Assembly (NCBI RefSeq): GCF_022539665.2
Contig: NC_081331.1
Location: 4,588,001 to 4,652,000, forward strand
Source of the DNA: Daphnia carinata
Lineage: Eukaryota
Length of the DNA stretch: 64,000 nucleotides
Direction of reading: 5' to 3'
A program made the translations under genes and the position numbers. This document shows positions 1-14,300 of the stretch, in pieces (positions within the stretch are counted from its first letter, which is position 1; the number at the start of each line of letters is the position of its first letter). Below the pieces are notes generated by a model. The model worked only from the letters and a program-made list of their open reading frames with translations, searched no databases and was not told the DNA's origin.

Positions 1-3000
1 AACGAGGACGAGTCAAGATGAAGAATAGTCGAACGCATATTTTTAACAGCTGTCACCTAGTAGATTCATCGTCCAGATCACAAAACAATCGCGATGTGCA
101 GGTAAAACCCGCTGTAGCATAACAAAAACAGCCGCCGTTCATATAATTACACGATTTCTCACCTCCCAAAAAAAAAAAAAATGAATAAGTACGAATGGAA
201 AGAACAAGTGAAGAGAGAGAAAAAGTGTCACTAACCACCGGTTTGCCTCCATAGCTGCATATATATTCATAATAAAACAGAAGCGATGAGAATGTTGAAA
301 CCTACTCCGGGTCTCTTCACACACACCGCCCAATAATCGGCTTTGAGAGAAAGTGCCGTTGAATTATAACAGGACGGCGTGATAGGCATGAAAAACCCAG
401 TGTAGGTAACGCGGGCATTACGGTTAACTGATTTAAAAAAAAAAACAGGTGTGATAAAACCCCTCTCCTTTCTCTGTACGGTGCGTAGCACCCGTAGTGC
501 CCTTAAACGTTGGCACTTGTCGTCATGGTAACCTATATGCGTTGTCATTGGGTGCGCATGATTTTACCTTGGGCATCGGAGAAAGAGAAAATAAATCTGT
601 ATAAGGCGATGGAAGAAAGAGGGAAGGAGAAAACGAATTTGGTTCCTCTTTCGTATCATTTCACGTAATAGAAGAAGACGAACTAGGAGGGGAGTTACAG
701 TAGGTCAAACGTTCCCCACCGACCCATTTATAGTGGCACAGCCGCTTGCACTCGGTCGGCTGCAGCAGCCATTCTTGTTTCGTTTTTCTTGTTAGAGAGA
801 AAGATGTTCTTTGCCAAGAAAAAGAAAAACGAGAGAAAAGACAACTCCACATTCGGATGGAAAAAGGGTCCGTCTTCAATCAGTTCTACATCACGGCGGT
901 CTCAAGAAATTAAGGCACTGAAAAAAAAAATCCGGTGGAAAGAAACCGGACTCAATAACTCATCCGACTTCCTCCTACACCCTACCATCATCCAACTAAT
1001 AACGAGAAACAATCTCTCTTCTGTGCTTCTTCTTTTTCCCCCCATTTATTTTTTCTTAAACATCAAAAAATAAGAAAAATCTGTAAGAGAAACAAAACGA
1101 AATGTTCCTCAAACATTTCAGGCAATGACTCAAAGACTTTCAGTGGCGGCTGCCAACAGGCCACTACACTTTTAACCTATGCTCTTTAACACATTCCCCC
1201 GATTCATCAAGCCAAGTATATCCATCAAGACACAGGGGCTTTTTTAAAACGATCTAAACTATAAACATTAGAAATATACAGCCCCAGAAAGATGTGCTTC
1301 CCTCTTGTTTCTTAAGACGAGACAGGGGAGAAACATCACGGTCGATTACGAAGTAGGACTTTATGTGGAAATTTTCAAAAAAAAAAAGCTCTTTAAAAAA
1401 AAAAAAAAAATTCTCTTTAATTCTTTGATGACGACGAAGTCAAACGATGCAATAAACCATGCAAGAGCTTTTAAAAATGTAAAAGAAAGACGCACATGGA
1501 TGGACCGAATTGCTTAAGGGAAGCAGCAAGAGCTAACGAGAATCAGTTGGTGCCGCATCTTACCTGTCTATTCGAAGAAAGAGGGTTTATTAGAAGAGGG
1601 GGGAGCTGCCGGATTGAAATGACACGCAACTTGATGTGTGCTAGCTGGTTTGAAAGAGGGACACATTCCTCGGCTATCGGTCGGGAGCCACGAAGATGTT
1701 TTTTAAAAAAAAAACGCAAGTCAAACGCACAAAAAAAAAGGGGGCCAATGTTTTTCGGTTGGGTAGAAATGTGTAACCTCCTCCATAGCCGTGGCTGTCC
1801 ATTTACCTTTTTGATAAAAAGCCCCTCGTCAACTGTCGAGTCAAGATAGAAACTGGACCGTTTGATTTATGAAACGTCTCTTCTTTTCCGAAGCAATCAA
1901 CCTTTGGCATTTGAGGTCAGTTGTAAACTATGAAGTAATCACAGGTCCATCCAACTTCTATCATCACCGTGTTTTTTTTTGTTTTTTTTTTTTTTGTTCT
2001 TTAAAAATAAAGTTTTGCTGCAATAAGGAGAGGAGCTGAAGACACCGTACATCCACCTGTGGTTGAAAGGTCAACAGGTGGAATGAACCCCTCCCCCCTC
2101 CACCAGATGAGTCAAGTCGTGCAAACGCGATACGGAAATCGTGATCGAGGTGAATGCCAAAAAACACAAAAAAAAAATAGGGCCGACTGACAATAGCCTA
2201 CAAAACAACGCATATAAAGAATAAATTGCATAATACACTACACTTGCATGGGATGATGTGCGTAAATACTAGATAGTTTGGCCCGCTTTACAACATCTAC
2301 CACGTCCAGTCGTGTACGTAACATTAAAGAAAATGCTACAGTTGAGTATATAGTTTGTACGGCCGTCCTATAAAACGCGGCAGTCATTTTTATTTTTGAT
2401 GATTATTAGTTCTTCCCTTGCTATATTTACGTAGTAACTACGTACCTTGTTGAGTGCATATCATACAGGTAAAAAGAAAAAAAGAATCTTTAGAATAGGA
2501 GAGAGATTCTTAGAAGGCGCGGGCCCTTGCAGGCATTTTGGCTGGTCAACACCAACAAACATTTTTCTGTTTTTTGAAAAAAGAAAAAGGAGAAGACGGA
2601 CACGGGGAGAAAGCGGTCGTCTTGTAAGCTCTTGGCTATTTCTCCCGTCACTCCCGCCGCCGTTATGTGTTAAGTCATAAAGCATATACAACAAAAAGAA
2701 CGCCAAAGGGGGGTTTCATAGGGATTTTTTTTTCCTTCCAGACTGCCCCCCTTCTCTGTAGGAGGGCCAAAAAAAAAAAAAAAAAGGAAAGAGTCGACGG
2801 ACAAAACCTCGGAGCGATGGACACACGCGCTCTTTCTCTTTTCCCGTTTCTCTTCCCGTCTCATTCATCCGCCTTTTTTTTTAGAGCTCATAAGCGCACC
2901 GGAGTTTGCATATTTGTGGGGACCGCTTGCGGTGCGCAGCGATGGCTAAACAAGAGAACGAAGTACGACATTGTGGATTTACAAGCAAAAATTTGGCTAG

Positions 3001-4070
3001 TCATTTTTTTTTTTTTTTTTTTTTTTTTGCGATTCGTTCATCGCACAAGATGTTTAAGCTAAAAGAAAAAAAAAAAAACGTGGTTTGGGCTATCTATTGA
3101 AAATGCGGAGAAGGAGATGCGCAACGTTGGTAGAATTCATAATTAGCGAAAGGTGAGCGCGGGGTTACGTGCGAGATTCTCTTTCATCCTAGAGAGATTT
3201 TCGATTTTTCTTTCTTTTTTGAGAGACAAGAGAATTAGTTTTTTTTTTTTTTCGAACTCGGTTGGAGGCAAGTAAACGAAGACGGAACACACAAGCGGCG
3301 AAAGAGAAAAGCTGTTTGGTCAGTTTTCTCCATTCGGGATGCTGCCTTGAGCCCCTTTTCATTTTTCTGGGACGATTTTTTTGTTTTTGCGATGCCAGCA
3401 TCCAACATTTTTGTTTTTTTGTTTTTAGCAATCGTCTATTTTTATGTCCGTGTTTGTCTTTTTAATAAAAAAAAAACAATTTTTCTTTCTAGGGAAAAAT
3501 CGGAGACATTAGTTATTCCGGAGTAGGATGGACGCAGACAAGCGGCACTTATTGTTGCCATTTGTTTTCGATATTCCGGTCATCCATTACGGCGGCGGTT
3601 GACATGACGTAAAGGCCTGATCTTTCCGATTGTAGGGGACAAGGGAAAAAAGAGAAGTAAGGAGAACGAAAAATCAGATTTAAACCCGAAATCAATCAGA
3701 ATAAAAGACAAAAAAAAGGTTTAGAAAAACAATCACGTCCGTTCGTTTTTGACGCGGAAGAAAGAGGGAACCAGAGGATGTTTTCTAAATGTACATCCAC
3801 CCTACAATTTATTGCATTGCGGCAATGATTTCACGATAATTGGATTGAATTATTGGATGGTTCGATGCGACGTTGAGGGGTGCGACAGAATATTCCGTTT
3901 CACGTGAATATAGGTCAACGGTTGTGCAACGCTCCGGACGGCTGTGTATTCCTTTTTTTTTTTATGTTTAAATGGGTTTACACGTCTAGCCCTGTTACCA
4001 ACATTTTTTTTTTTTTTAGAAAGAAGAAGGCTTTTATTTGTGGTTTTTGTTTTCTTTCTTGCTTTACGCT

Positions 4071-4222
4071 GGGCACGCTCGTTTGATAGCGGCTGATATT
4101 TCCTGAGCCTCGAGCTGGAAAAATCCGAGGGAAAGAAGGAAAAAAAAAAAACAAAAAAAACAACAACAAATGAAGTAACAACTACCTGCCATTGCCTACT
4201 GCAATGGCAACTAGTGCCCTAA
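4071..4222 (+). mobile_element. Possible Helentron/HINE-like non-autonomous element remnant (3' end)
   Basis: Short core (TTTCCTGAG...AAAAATCCGAGG), then an A/(AAC)n simple tract at 4141-4170. After it, a stem-loop at 4181-4215 (ACTACC-TGCCATTGC-ctact-GCAATGGCA-ACTAGT; 9 perfect bp, 13/15 extended) ending in GCCCTAA. The core + microsatellite + terminal palindrome layout is typical of Helentron-associated elements. Boundaries uncertain. Confidence 0.35.
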
Positions 4223-7200
4223 CCACCCAAAGAAAAAAAAAAAAATTAAGGTGCGGGCCGGCAGCTATGTGAACGCTGTCTCTTTTTTCTCTCTCTCTCT
4301 CTCTCTCTCTTGCTCACACACAAAAAACCAAACGTCGGAGAAGTTTACACACACAGACAAAAAACACTCTCCGCACCTCCTCACCCACCCTTCTTGTGTC
4401 CTACATACCTTGTCGAAAAAAGAAAGAAAGAAAAAGAAAATAAAAAAAAAAGGAGAAAAGAATTTCTTCTTCTTTTTTTTTCAGGTTTTTTTTGAATTTT
4501 TTTTTTGCTTCTGACCGCCTTTAGGTATGGGCCTTCTCAATTACTATTTTTCTAAAACATTTGATTATGCTACGATTTTGTTTAATAAATAATTTCAAAT
4601 GTGTTTGGCGATAAAGGGCGTCTGTTGAAATCGGTTCCGCCTGTTATTGTCCTCTCATTTTTTACATCATAGTCCATTAAGCACCAAGAATAGATCGGAT
4701 CATGGGCACAGCAAAAAGAGATAGCACGGCTCACTAACATTGGACAATCTGAAACAGTTGCGTAAAAACATACCTGGATAATTGTGTGAACGCCTCCCGA
4801 AAGTAATCCCCGCAAACACTACACGACAATTCGTTTCTTTAAAAAGAAACAAACCGAACAAGCAAAAAGTGAAGGGGACGGCCGGAGTAGTTAGTCGAAC
4901 ACACCTGTCACACAGCGAAAGAAAACAACTGTCGTTTGGTCTAGTGTGACGTAACCGAGAGAAAACTACTCGACCTGAGGGGGGAAGGGCGAACAAAACT
5001 AAAGTAAAAAGGGAGAAAACAAAAGAAAAGAGAATTTTTGTGTTTACCTATTCTCTTTGCCAATCGATTACAACTAGCCTAGAGGGACGTTTGAAACAAA
5101 CAGGCGATTGCATTATTTTTTTTTTTTTTCTTCAATTCCAGCAGGTATGAAAACGGACAAAACGTAGCAAATAACGTAACATGGCCAATGGGAGAGAGAG
5201 CTGGTCTTGCACACACGACTCTTTCTAATAACAAAGTACATTGTCTTACCTGTTGTAACACATTGGTAATATCGCACGATGCCGGGAAAGTCAAACGCAT
5301 CTTCTTTCAATGAAATCAAGTCTCCAAAAATAGAAGAGCCCCATTATGTACGAAATACGTGACACCATCATAAGGATAAACCATGCACCTCTATTTCTTT
5401 AATACAAAAATAATCAACCTGCAATATTAACACACAGGTATACATTAATAAATATAAAAAACGATGGGACAATAGGGATATAACCCGTCTGTTCTTTCAA
5501 TGTGAGGTAATAGATGGATCGCCTTTCACTTGTGTCCGTAGGCCGAATTCTACAAACGGGGATGAGACGGTGAGTCTTACTTTCTGGCTCATTAAACATT
5601 TGAAAGTGAGAAAAAGGAACAAGAACGTGGCCGAATTCTGATACGGTTGTGTGTATACTGATTGATCGAGAGAGCCCGGATTCATGCGAAAAACCTGTCG
5701 GGACGTGCCCATAACGGGATGCCAGGAAAACCAATGAACTGGATGAAAAGAGAAAATGATTGAAATTTGTTGATAAGAGAAGAGTGTCATTGAACGAGGG
5801 TAATCGTGAACCGAATGGAAAGCGAAATGTTTGATCTCTCTCTCTCTCTACTTTTCCTGTTCAAGTTCAATAGACCCCGAAACGGGAGTTGCGCTAAACT
5901 TGTTCCCCTTTCTCCCTATGTCTTCATTCTTCGCCAACAACGTTTGGAATTTGAACGATTATTTTCTTAATTTCTTTTATGAACGCGTAAAATGTTGTCA
6001 TCAGTTTTGTCGAAACAAGTAAGTCATTAAAGAATGAATTCTCAGAAAATTAAGATGCTCGCTAAAGTTCTGGCTTTATTTTCTTCCTCCCCACTGTCTG
6101 TGTGTGTTTTTGCGTTTTTTGATTGTCGGTCGTAAAATGAAACTACGCGTTGTAATAAGAAACAGAGAAACGAAAACAAACAAGCGATATAGAAACACAC
6201 TCGGGTATTCTTGTTAAATGTAGGCTAAAAAAACCAACATAGTTGGCACACCTCCAACTGATTCTTAGAAACCATTAGGAACTGTGTTGATGATGATAAA
6301 AAAAAAAGAGGAACATGAAAAACTATTAGATCGACATGACTTCTATTGGTGCCGGGATCTAAAAAGAAAAAAGTCCGTGCCGGACATCCAAAGAACATGG
6401 AAGGAATCATAATAATATGAAAAAGAAAGAGAGAACTTTCTTTGTGTTGACGTTGGCTTTCCCCAACGAGCCAAAGTTGGACATGAGAGCTGACCATCGT
6501 CCAGCGACTATTCACGAGACAAGGTGCACAAAAGTCCCGAAATGATTAAGAATGACAAGAGGAACAAAAAGAAAAGGATAGAAAAAGAAGAAGAAGAAAA
6601 AGTAACAAGGCGATTCATTTGAGATGTAATCGGCAAAGGTAAGTGGCCTGTTAAGGATTGAAATGAAAGGGCCAAGGATGTCCAAGTTCAGTCATGTCCG
6701 TGAACGGGAACGAGAAGCTCCGCCGACCGTTGCAAAACGAAGCTCTCTCTCTGACCATGTATATAGCATAGAGTCATTTAAGCATTTTTTTTCTTCTTCT
6801 TATGATAATGCTATAATCATTAAAGTAAGAACAGCCTCAGTGCCGTGAGAAGCTTTCCGCATTGAACACGAATGAAAAATTTCAAACAAAAAATGAGGTT
6901 GATGTGGCCCCGAAAATGGGATTCAAAAGGCGCTTTTTTTTTCTCTTTTAAAAGAAAAATGCACTTGCATAACATAAGAAAGGGATACGAACATGTTAGC
7001 CCCCCCAACAGGCGTATGTAGCGCTCCATTGCTACAAAGAGGGAACAAGTGAAGAGAAAGTTGAACGGTTCTCAGCAACACCGACGCCTGACGTCGTTTT
7101 TCTTTCTTTCTCGTTTGTTGTTGCCGAAATTTGTAATTTGGTCTTGTGTTGCCTTATTTTTGGTTGTTCATTGCTTCCCCACTTTGCCAGTCGACTTGAC

Positions 7201-10200
7201 ACAAAGAAGAGAAATAAAAAAAAAGAGCCGAACCACAAGGACATTTTAGAACGAAAGAAGTAACATCATTATATATCTGAAACTAGTACAAAGAGTCACA
7301 GAGTAAATCGATATAGCATGCTTGATTGTACCACCATGCTATTTTTTTATCTTAAGTTATAACTATTAAGTAAAAAGAGCTGAAGGGAATCTTTTTGATT
7401 TCGAGTTTTTTTCGTTAACCAGAAACCAATTCGGCTAAAACCACAATCATTTTCTTCTGATTAACATTGTGAAATCGTGGCCAACAAGAATTTATGTACA
7501 TTATCATTATATATATATATATATTTTGTTGGCTTCCTCGCCAACAGCAATAAAAAATGATGTTCTTTAAACAATTTTTGTAAAATAAAAAGAAAGAGCT
7601 GAAGAGGAGGCTTTCATTTTGCATAGATACTGGTGATGTGTGGTGTATGGCAGAGGAGCCATTATGCATCGCAACGGGATGAGAGATAAACTAATGGCGA
7701 AGGAACTTTCAAAACTTACCCGTTATCATAGCCGTCCAGCAGCAGGAAATCAGCATCCCGTGTCCGTCTGTCTTCGAACTCGTCAAAACGAAAATGTTTA
7801 GTTAAATCGGTCAGATGATGTAATAGAAATACTAGCACACACACACTAGTATTTAAAATACGAAAGGGGAAAAAAAATGAGGCTAAAACTCATCCTTCAA
7901 ACGCGGACCCAGTGATCTCTGGCCCAGCGACGACAAGAGGTCGCTTGATTTCGGCCCGATCATGTTCCAAAAGATTGATGGAGTCGTTTAAACAGTGAAG
8001 CAGCAACTACCATAGAGTGCCTTCCGATCCTTGCGGCTATTGCGAAGAGAAGAGAAAATAAAACAAAATTCGACAAAGAGAAAATGACCGGTAAAAAGAC
8101 GTCCTCGTAATATTATGTTGCTATAGCTTTTACGTATATTATTGCCTTAGCATTATAGAGCCAAAGATATATAATTCCCTATTGTTAACGGTGGCTCTTG
8201 GCGTGTAGTGACGTGGAATGGCGATTAATTGCCCCCTTCCGTGTCTCTTCTGGTGAGAAGGCGCCGCAAATTTTTGCAGCCAGGGCAACTTGTTCTCCTT
8301 TTGAACGTTGAATACGGCATGATGCTAATCGCGCCGTATTCAAATGTAGACACTGTGGCCTCTTTAGAATTTTTCAGCATCTTTGTTTTCTTCTTTTTTT
8401 TTTTTTCTTCTCTCAGTTATTTACGACCAGACGAGCCAACAGGAAAATATTTGAAATGAAGCCATTGGTTGATGTTCTTCTCTATTGCATTTTTTTGTCT
8501 TCTCTGTTGGTGGCCGTATATTTTGAATCATAAAATGATGAAACGTCCTCTAGAGAAACGAAAACGCAATGATAGGTCTAGTTAAGAGTTGATGTTCGTC
8601 ACGCTATCGCTAAAAATTATTGATGATGTTTTGCGTAAGCCCGTTCCCGTTCGGCGGGCAGCTCCACGCACGTTTGGCAACACTCTGTTTCCCCTACACA
8701 TTTTAATCGTTTTTTGTTTTACGTTGAAGAGAGGCGAAAGCGCCCAGCGTAAACTTGGTCAAGTTTTCTAGCCGATTGAGCAACGCTTCGCGTGATTGTT
8801 TCGCTCTTTTGCGTCGAGCTTGGCTCATTAAAAAAACATGGGAGAAATTGTAAAGAGAAACACGATAATGCTGGCGTGTTGCTATTTATTCAAATCGAGA
8901 GAATTACGTATTCAAATATCTTTGTTCATCGACGATTGATGTTTGACAGGTATCGATGTGAAGATGATTCGCCTGGTGGTGTTCGCTTCCCTCTTTGGTG
9001 TCGCAGTTTTGTGCGTCCTTGCAGTCTGCGCGTTTCTTCTTCACAGACACTTGACTAGCAGCATACGAAAATGGAAGTTACCTTCTCTGCCCACTACCGC
9101 CCGCATCAAAATCAGGTATTAGCAAATTGCCCCAACACGTTCACGGATAAACCGCAGAATGACACAGTAAAAAAAAAAAAAAAAAGAAGAGGGAAGAGAC
9201 AGAGCGTGAACAACAAACGAACGAAAATTCTCATGTCGATTTCGAATTCGTCAGCCGCGTAAAAAAAAATTTCCCGCAAAATGGACGTATCGAATTTACG
9301 CATCGGCTATTTCCCAACCAGGTAAACGGGCCAGAAAAAGTAAAAAAAAAAAAAAAAAACTTTCTACAATAACGCGCGCAACCAAACGACAGGCATTAAA
9401 AATACTGAAAGAATATAACAACAACCACGCCTCTACCATCCGATAGCGTCGAAGTGGCAACAAGACACACACGTCGAGCGTGTCTGTGGTGAAGAACGGA
9501 ACAATACATTAAATCAGGAAAACACACGCCAAAAAAAAAAAAAAAGCAGTTCACCTGGAACTACAAACACAAGTATAAAAATAAAGCGGGCAGTAGTAAC
9601 AGCAGACACAAGAATGGGCCGTCAATAAGCCCTGGGCAGTCGTCAAACGTTATCCGGGTTACACACAGGAAAGCCTAGGTTCTCTCTCTCTTTTATGCAA
9701 GTTAGTGAAGGATGGTCTTTTATTTTTTTTTTTTTTTTTTTTTTGCTTGTGATTATTTAGAAACTCGCGTCGACGATTCCACTCAATATGTTGAAAAAGT
9801 CACATGTATACACGCACGTGTAATAGAGAGTTGAGAGATTTAATAGTGGAACGATACGCAATTATCTTCAAGGACTGTAATCATCTTTTTTTAAGTTGAA
9901 CGAGCCGTTGTCATAGACTTTGAAGGAACATGAAAAAAAGTTTCTGACATTGCGGAATTAGAAAAAAAAGTGAATGGCATTTTGCAGTAAATCCACACGT
10001 ATGCATAACGTCATCGTCAAGGACTTTGCCAACACACCAAAAACTCTCCAATTTGCAATCGCAAATCTTCCTTTTCAATTTCTGTGATGTGCGCAATTAG
10101 CGAGACCCCAATCAGTAGAATCATTTTTTTTTCTCTCTCTCCGTAATTTCAATAATATTCCCTAATTACGCGGCCCACATCGTGCCTTACCATTCCAACC

Positions 10201-11331
10201 GCACGCAATAACCTTATTAAATCTTGTTTCCCTCCTTTCCTTTTTAAACTGAAAAAGACGTGGGCCGCTGGAACAAAATGCACGTAGATAAAAGCTCCCC
10301 CTCTATTCAAAAGAACAATATATATAGCCCTTCATCACGAGAAAGAGAGGGTGGCATAGGGTTTGCTTTTTTTTTTTTGCACAAAGTGTCAAGGTACGTT
10401 GCATTTGAAATCGTCCGTGCAACCTCATCCCACTTTGCTTGCCTCCACGCGTCTATTGCGATTCCATTATCCTCGGCCGTTGCGATTCGGATACTGGGAC
10501 ACACGGGTATAGAAATCGTGGGCGTTGTTCTGCTGACTGCTATTGACTCACGCAACAAGTTGCACACGCGTGAGAGAAGGGGATGCCAACGGATACGAAG
10601 GTGCTAAGAAATGTATACGGTACCGTTACGTCAGCTAAAGAAAATAGCCAAGACGAAGAAACGCGCAGACTTTTGAAAAGAGATATCCGGTCAGCCCCTT
10701 GACACGTTTCCAATACTGCGCTTCTTTAAAAAAAAAATAAGAATCAAGTCAATAAAGAACCCGTGAAAGGTGGATTCAGCAAGCAAGGCACACGGTCAAT
10801 AAACCTGGAACTATAGACGCGCTAAAAAGAAACGTCGACGTGAAGAATGTCCAACTCTTTTCAGTCGTCTCTTTAAAACATTTTTCCCTTTTTCTATGGG
10901 AAATGGGTTTCCAGTTGTGGGCCTCATAATGGCGGCGTTTCAAAATGTTCAAAGTTTCACTAACAACAACCCACGAAAGAATTTCAGCCTTTTTTTTTTT
11001 GCAGATTTCTGTAACGGATGGGGTTATTCAATGAAAGAAAAAGACCCGGTTCATCGTTCATACTGAATCGAGTTGACAACAACAACAACAACAAAAAAAA
11101 AACGATAGTCTGTTCTAGGAATCTACTAAAGAATACAGGCGTTGTGTTCTGTCATTGTTGACTTCAGACTTTGTTCAACAGACTGATCAAACCGTGTTTT
11201 GTTTTTTTTATTTCCTTTTTTATTTGTTCCATGTGTATGGACAACGGTTTCATATTAAAAGTGGCAGCCCTCTGGATACAGACGCTCACATTAAGCTACT
11301 CCATCAGCAGCCGCGTTTAAGTGGATCCGGA

Positions 11332-14300
11332 ATGACGATGGCCGAAATGAGCCCTCTGGTACGTCACAAACAGTTGTGCAATTTCAAACAAGTCGAAGCT
11401 GATCCACAGCCGATGGGTAGCTGCAATACTTTGACGACTCAGCATCAAGTTGCATCATCAACGAAGACCCTCATCCGGCCGTTGAGTCAATCAGCGCAGT
11501 ACCTGGCACGGCCAAGTTCACAGATGTTCCAGCAGACGTCGTTGACCAATCTGATCGGAAACGATGACACTAGCGACAGCAATCAAGGTCACGGGCGCAA
11601 CATTGACGATTGCCAACAGACACCACAAGTGGAACTCACTTTGGTTTACGTCTCCGCTTCCGCCCAGCTCTTGGTGCACATCCACCAACTATCGAACGTG
11701 ACACTCGTCCGTTACGGCAAGGAATCGAGCAACGTTACAGTCAAAGTAAATGATTGTGTTATATGGTATGTACGTAAATATGTGTAACACGCGCATCGCG
11801 CAATAGCAATTACGACAGCCACAATGGCTTCCCTCATTTCCAATGTCTCACATTGCGACTCGCCTGAACTCCACCACCCGATCCGGCCCAATTTCATCGG
11901 AAAAACCCCAACGACCAAGAGATTTCCAATCGTTTCTTTTGTTCTCTGTGTAGTTTTTTTTTTAAGGGTTCAATCATCAAAATGAAGTTGAAGAAACATT
12001 CAGCGATTCACCCTACATAGGAATCGGAACTAGGTTGCGTTTTAAAAGACTGGCCTGTTAGGTCTCTCTATCCGGATTTCTCGAATTGGACCGCCTCTTG
12101 ATTACAGGTGAGGCGCTGCCGAGAGAGTTTAGCTGGTTAGTGGCCGTCTCGAAAGGGCAGAAATGTGAGGGATACAAACAGCGTAAATCAGTGCACAGCG
12201 TAAGGCGGTCTACAATTAACGAAGCCTCGCCGTTCAGTATCACCAGGCAATGGCTATATAGTCGGCGATAAAAATAATTGGCTCCGTTTTTGAACGTTTG
12301 AGCAAAGAATTCCATCATACATTATCGTGTCCGTTTTTATTTTCGAGCCATCTTTGATGAGACGAAGCAAATTCGGAATTCTTTGCATTATTTCAAGATC
12401 ATTAGCCTGCTGGCCAGTCAGTTAAACGAAGTTAAATAATACAACCGTTAGAAGCACCTGACCTCTGCGGAATTCTTTCAGACATGGGGGAGGGGAGGGA
12501 TTCATCGAAAACGGCCAACAATTTCCGAATTATACAAGGCCATCACATTTCTCTTGTTCCTACTATGCAAATCTGGAATTCACAGTACAAAGTTTTTTTT
12601 TCTAAGCTCGGCAGTCATCAACTATTTTTTTTTTTATATATATATTTTTGCGCACGTGTGTGTCTTTGCTATTTAAAAAATGGTCGGTTACAAAGTCGAT
12701 GACGTTTGATATTCTCATCGGCTACCGTTTTGACAACCGCAATGACGAGCCCGCAATGTTATTAGATGACGTATAGATACTGTGCATTACTGGCTGTGAT
12801 AGAGAGTTTGACGTGGGGCAGAGAGAGATTGACGAGATGTATAGAAACCTAATCCGGTGATTGGTTATATTGCGGTCCTTCTATAAGAGAAAACCAACGT
12901 GATTCTTTTTTTTTTTTCTCTAATTTTGTTGTTAGACTAGGGCATACACAATGCCGTTACATACAACGAACTAGTGGGGAATTTTCTCCGACTTCAAAGA
13001 AAAAAAAAAGAAAGAGAGTAAATAACAAAAGTCTTGTGGTTATTCATCCAATCCGCTCTTCTTGTTTTTGTTTTTTTCTTTTTTAAAATAAATATCTATT
13101 GGATCGACTTTCCCGCGGTTTGTTAACAGGTAGCGTTGGATGGCCGCATCAGGCGAGTTTTTCGTTCCGTTCTGATTGCTCCCGTCAGTTCATCAATTGG
13201 CCAGCCGACGAAATCGCAGCAGCCGCAACAACGGTGCGCACAGGTGAGTCTTTTTACTTCAATTCCCGCCGCTAGATGGATAATGAATATCACGGTCGGG
13301 AGCCGCAACCAATTCATTACCATAAATAATTTAAGAAAAAAAAATGAGAAACATTGATAACAAATCCTCAGTCTACAAAAGAATGCCGTTTCATTTTTTT
13401 TTTCTTTTTGTATCTTTCGCTTCTTCTCTTCGATGCCTATTGTCATTTGATAAATTTTTATTGTTGCTCATTCTGTTGCCCCGTGGACATCAATTGTCGA
13501 TTAACAAGCCCCTCCACCTCCGTGGGTATTGTTTGAGATCGAAACGATTGCCTTCATTGTTTCTTCTGATCCGCTTTTCTTATTCGTTTTACCTTATTTT
13601 TTTCTTTGTTTTGCTGTGGGACACAACGGCCGTAATAGCCGGATAGGATGACCAACTTTTGTACATCTTCCGGGTTCTTCGTTTTTTTTTTTGTTGTCTT
13701 TCGCGACAGTAAAAAAATCAGAAACCCTTTTTTGCGCGTTTTTTTTTTTGGTGAAGCCTTTCTTTTTCCTTTGAAAAACTTTTAGAAAACACGTGGAATT
13801 TGTGAAATGACCATTTCCCAAAGCGATCCATTCGAGGGTTCATAAAAGAGAAAACACTCGTACGTAGACTTCTCTTTCTACTGCCATACAATTTGGATTG
13901 CCCATTTGTATCAATCGCATTGTTTGCATATACCGCCAAAAAATGGCCATTCTATGTTATTATCTTCCCTTTTTTTATTTTTTATTTTTACTTTTTTTTT
14001 TCTTGCGGCTCAATGGTTTCGCTAGTTTCCATGTCGGCTTATTAATTCGCAGACTATCGAAGCCTCGGGGATCTTGTGGGATCGAGAAAAAGGAGTACAG
14101 ACGCTCAATAAAATAACTATGTATTAGGAAGCGAATGTAAAAAAAGAATAAATCTGTTTCAGGTATTCAAGTTTGCTGACGTCACGACCGACGACCTGCT
14201 GAACGGACATTTGATCATAACTATTTACCTGGGGCGAGGGCGATGGAAAAGCGACAAGAAAATTGGGTTCTTTAATGGTAATGAAAGAATTTTATTTATT

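Noticed and set aside
10260..10607. Overlapping ORFs on both strands with moderate complexity
   Set aside because: No recognisable motif and no convincing splice sites linking them to a gene.
1..11100. Dozens of 60-130 aa ORFs rich in Lys/Phe runs
   Set aside because: They are translations of poly-A/poly-T tracts, with no domain motifs and no consistent splice structure.
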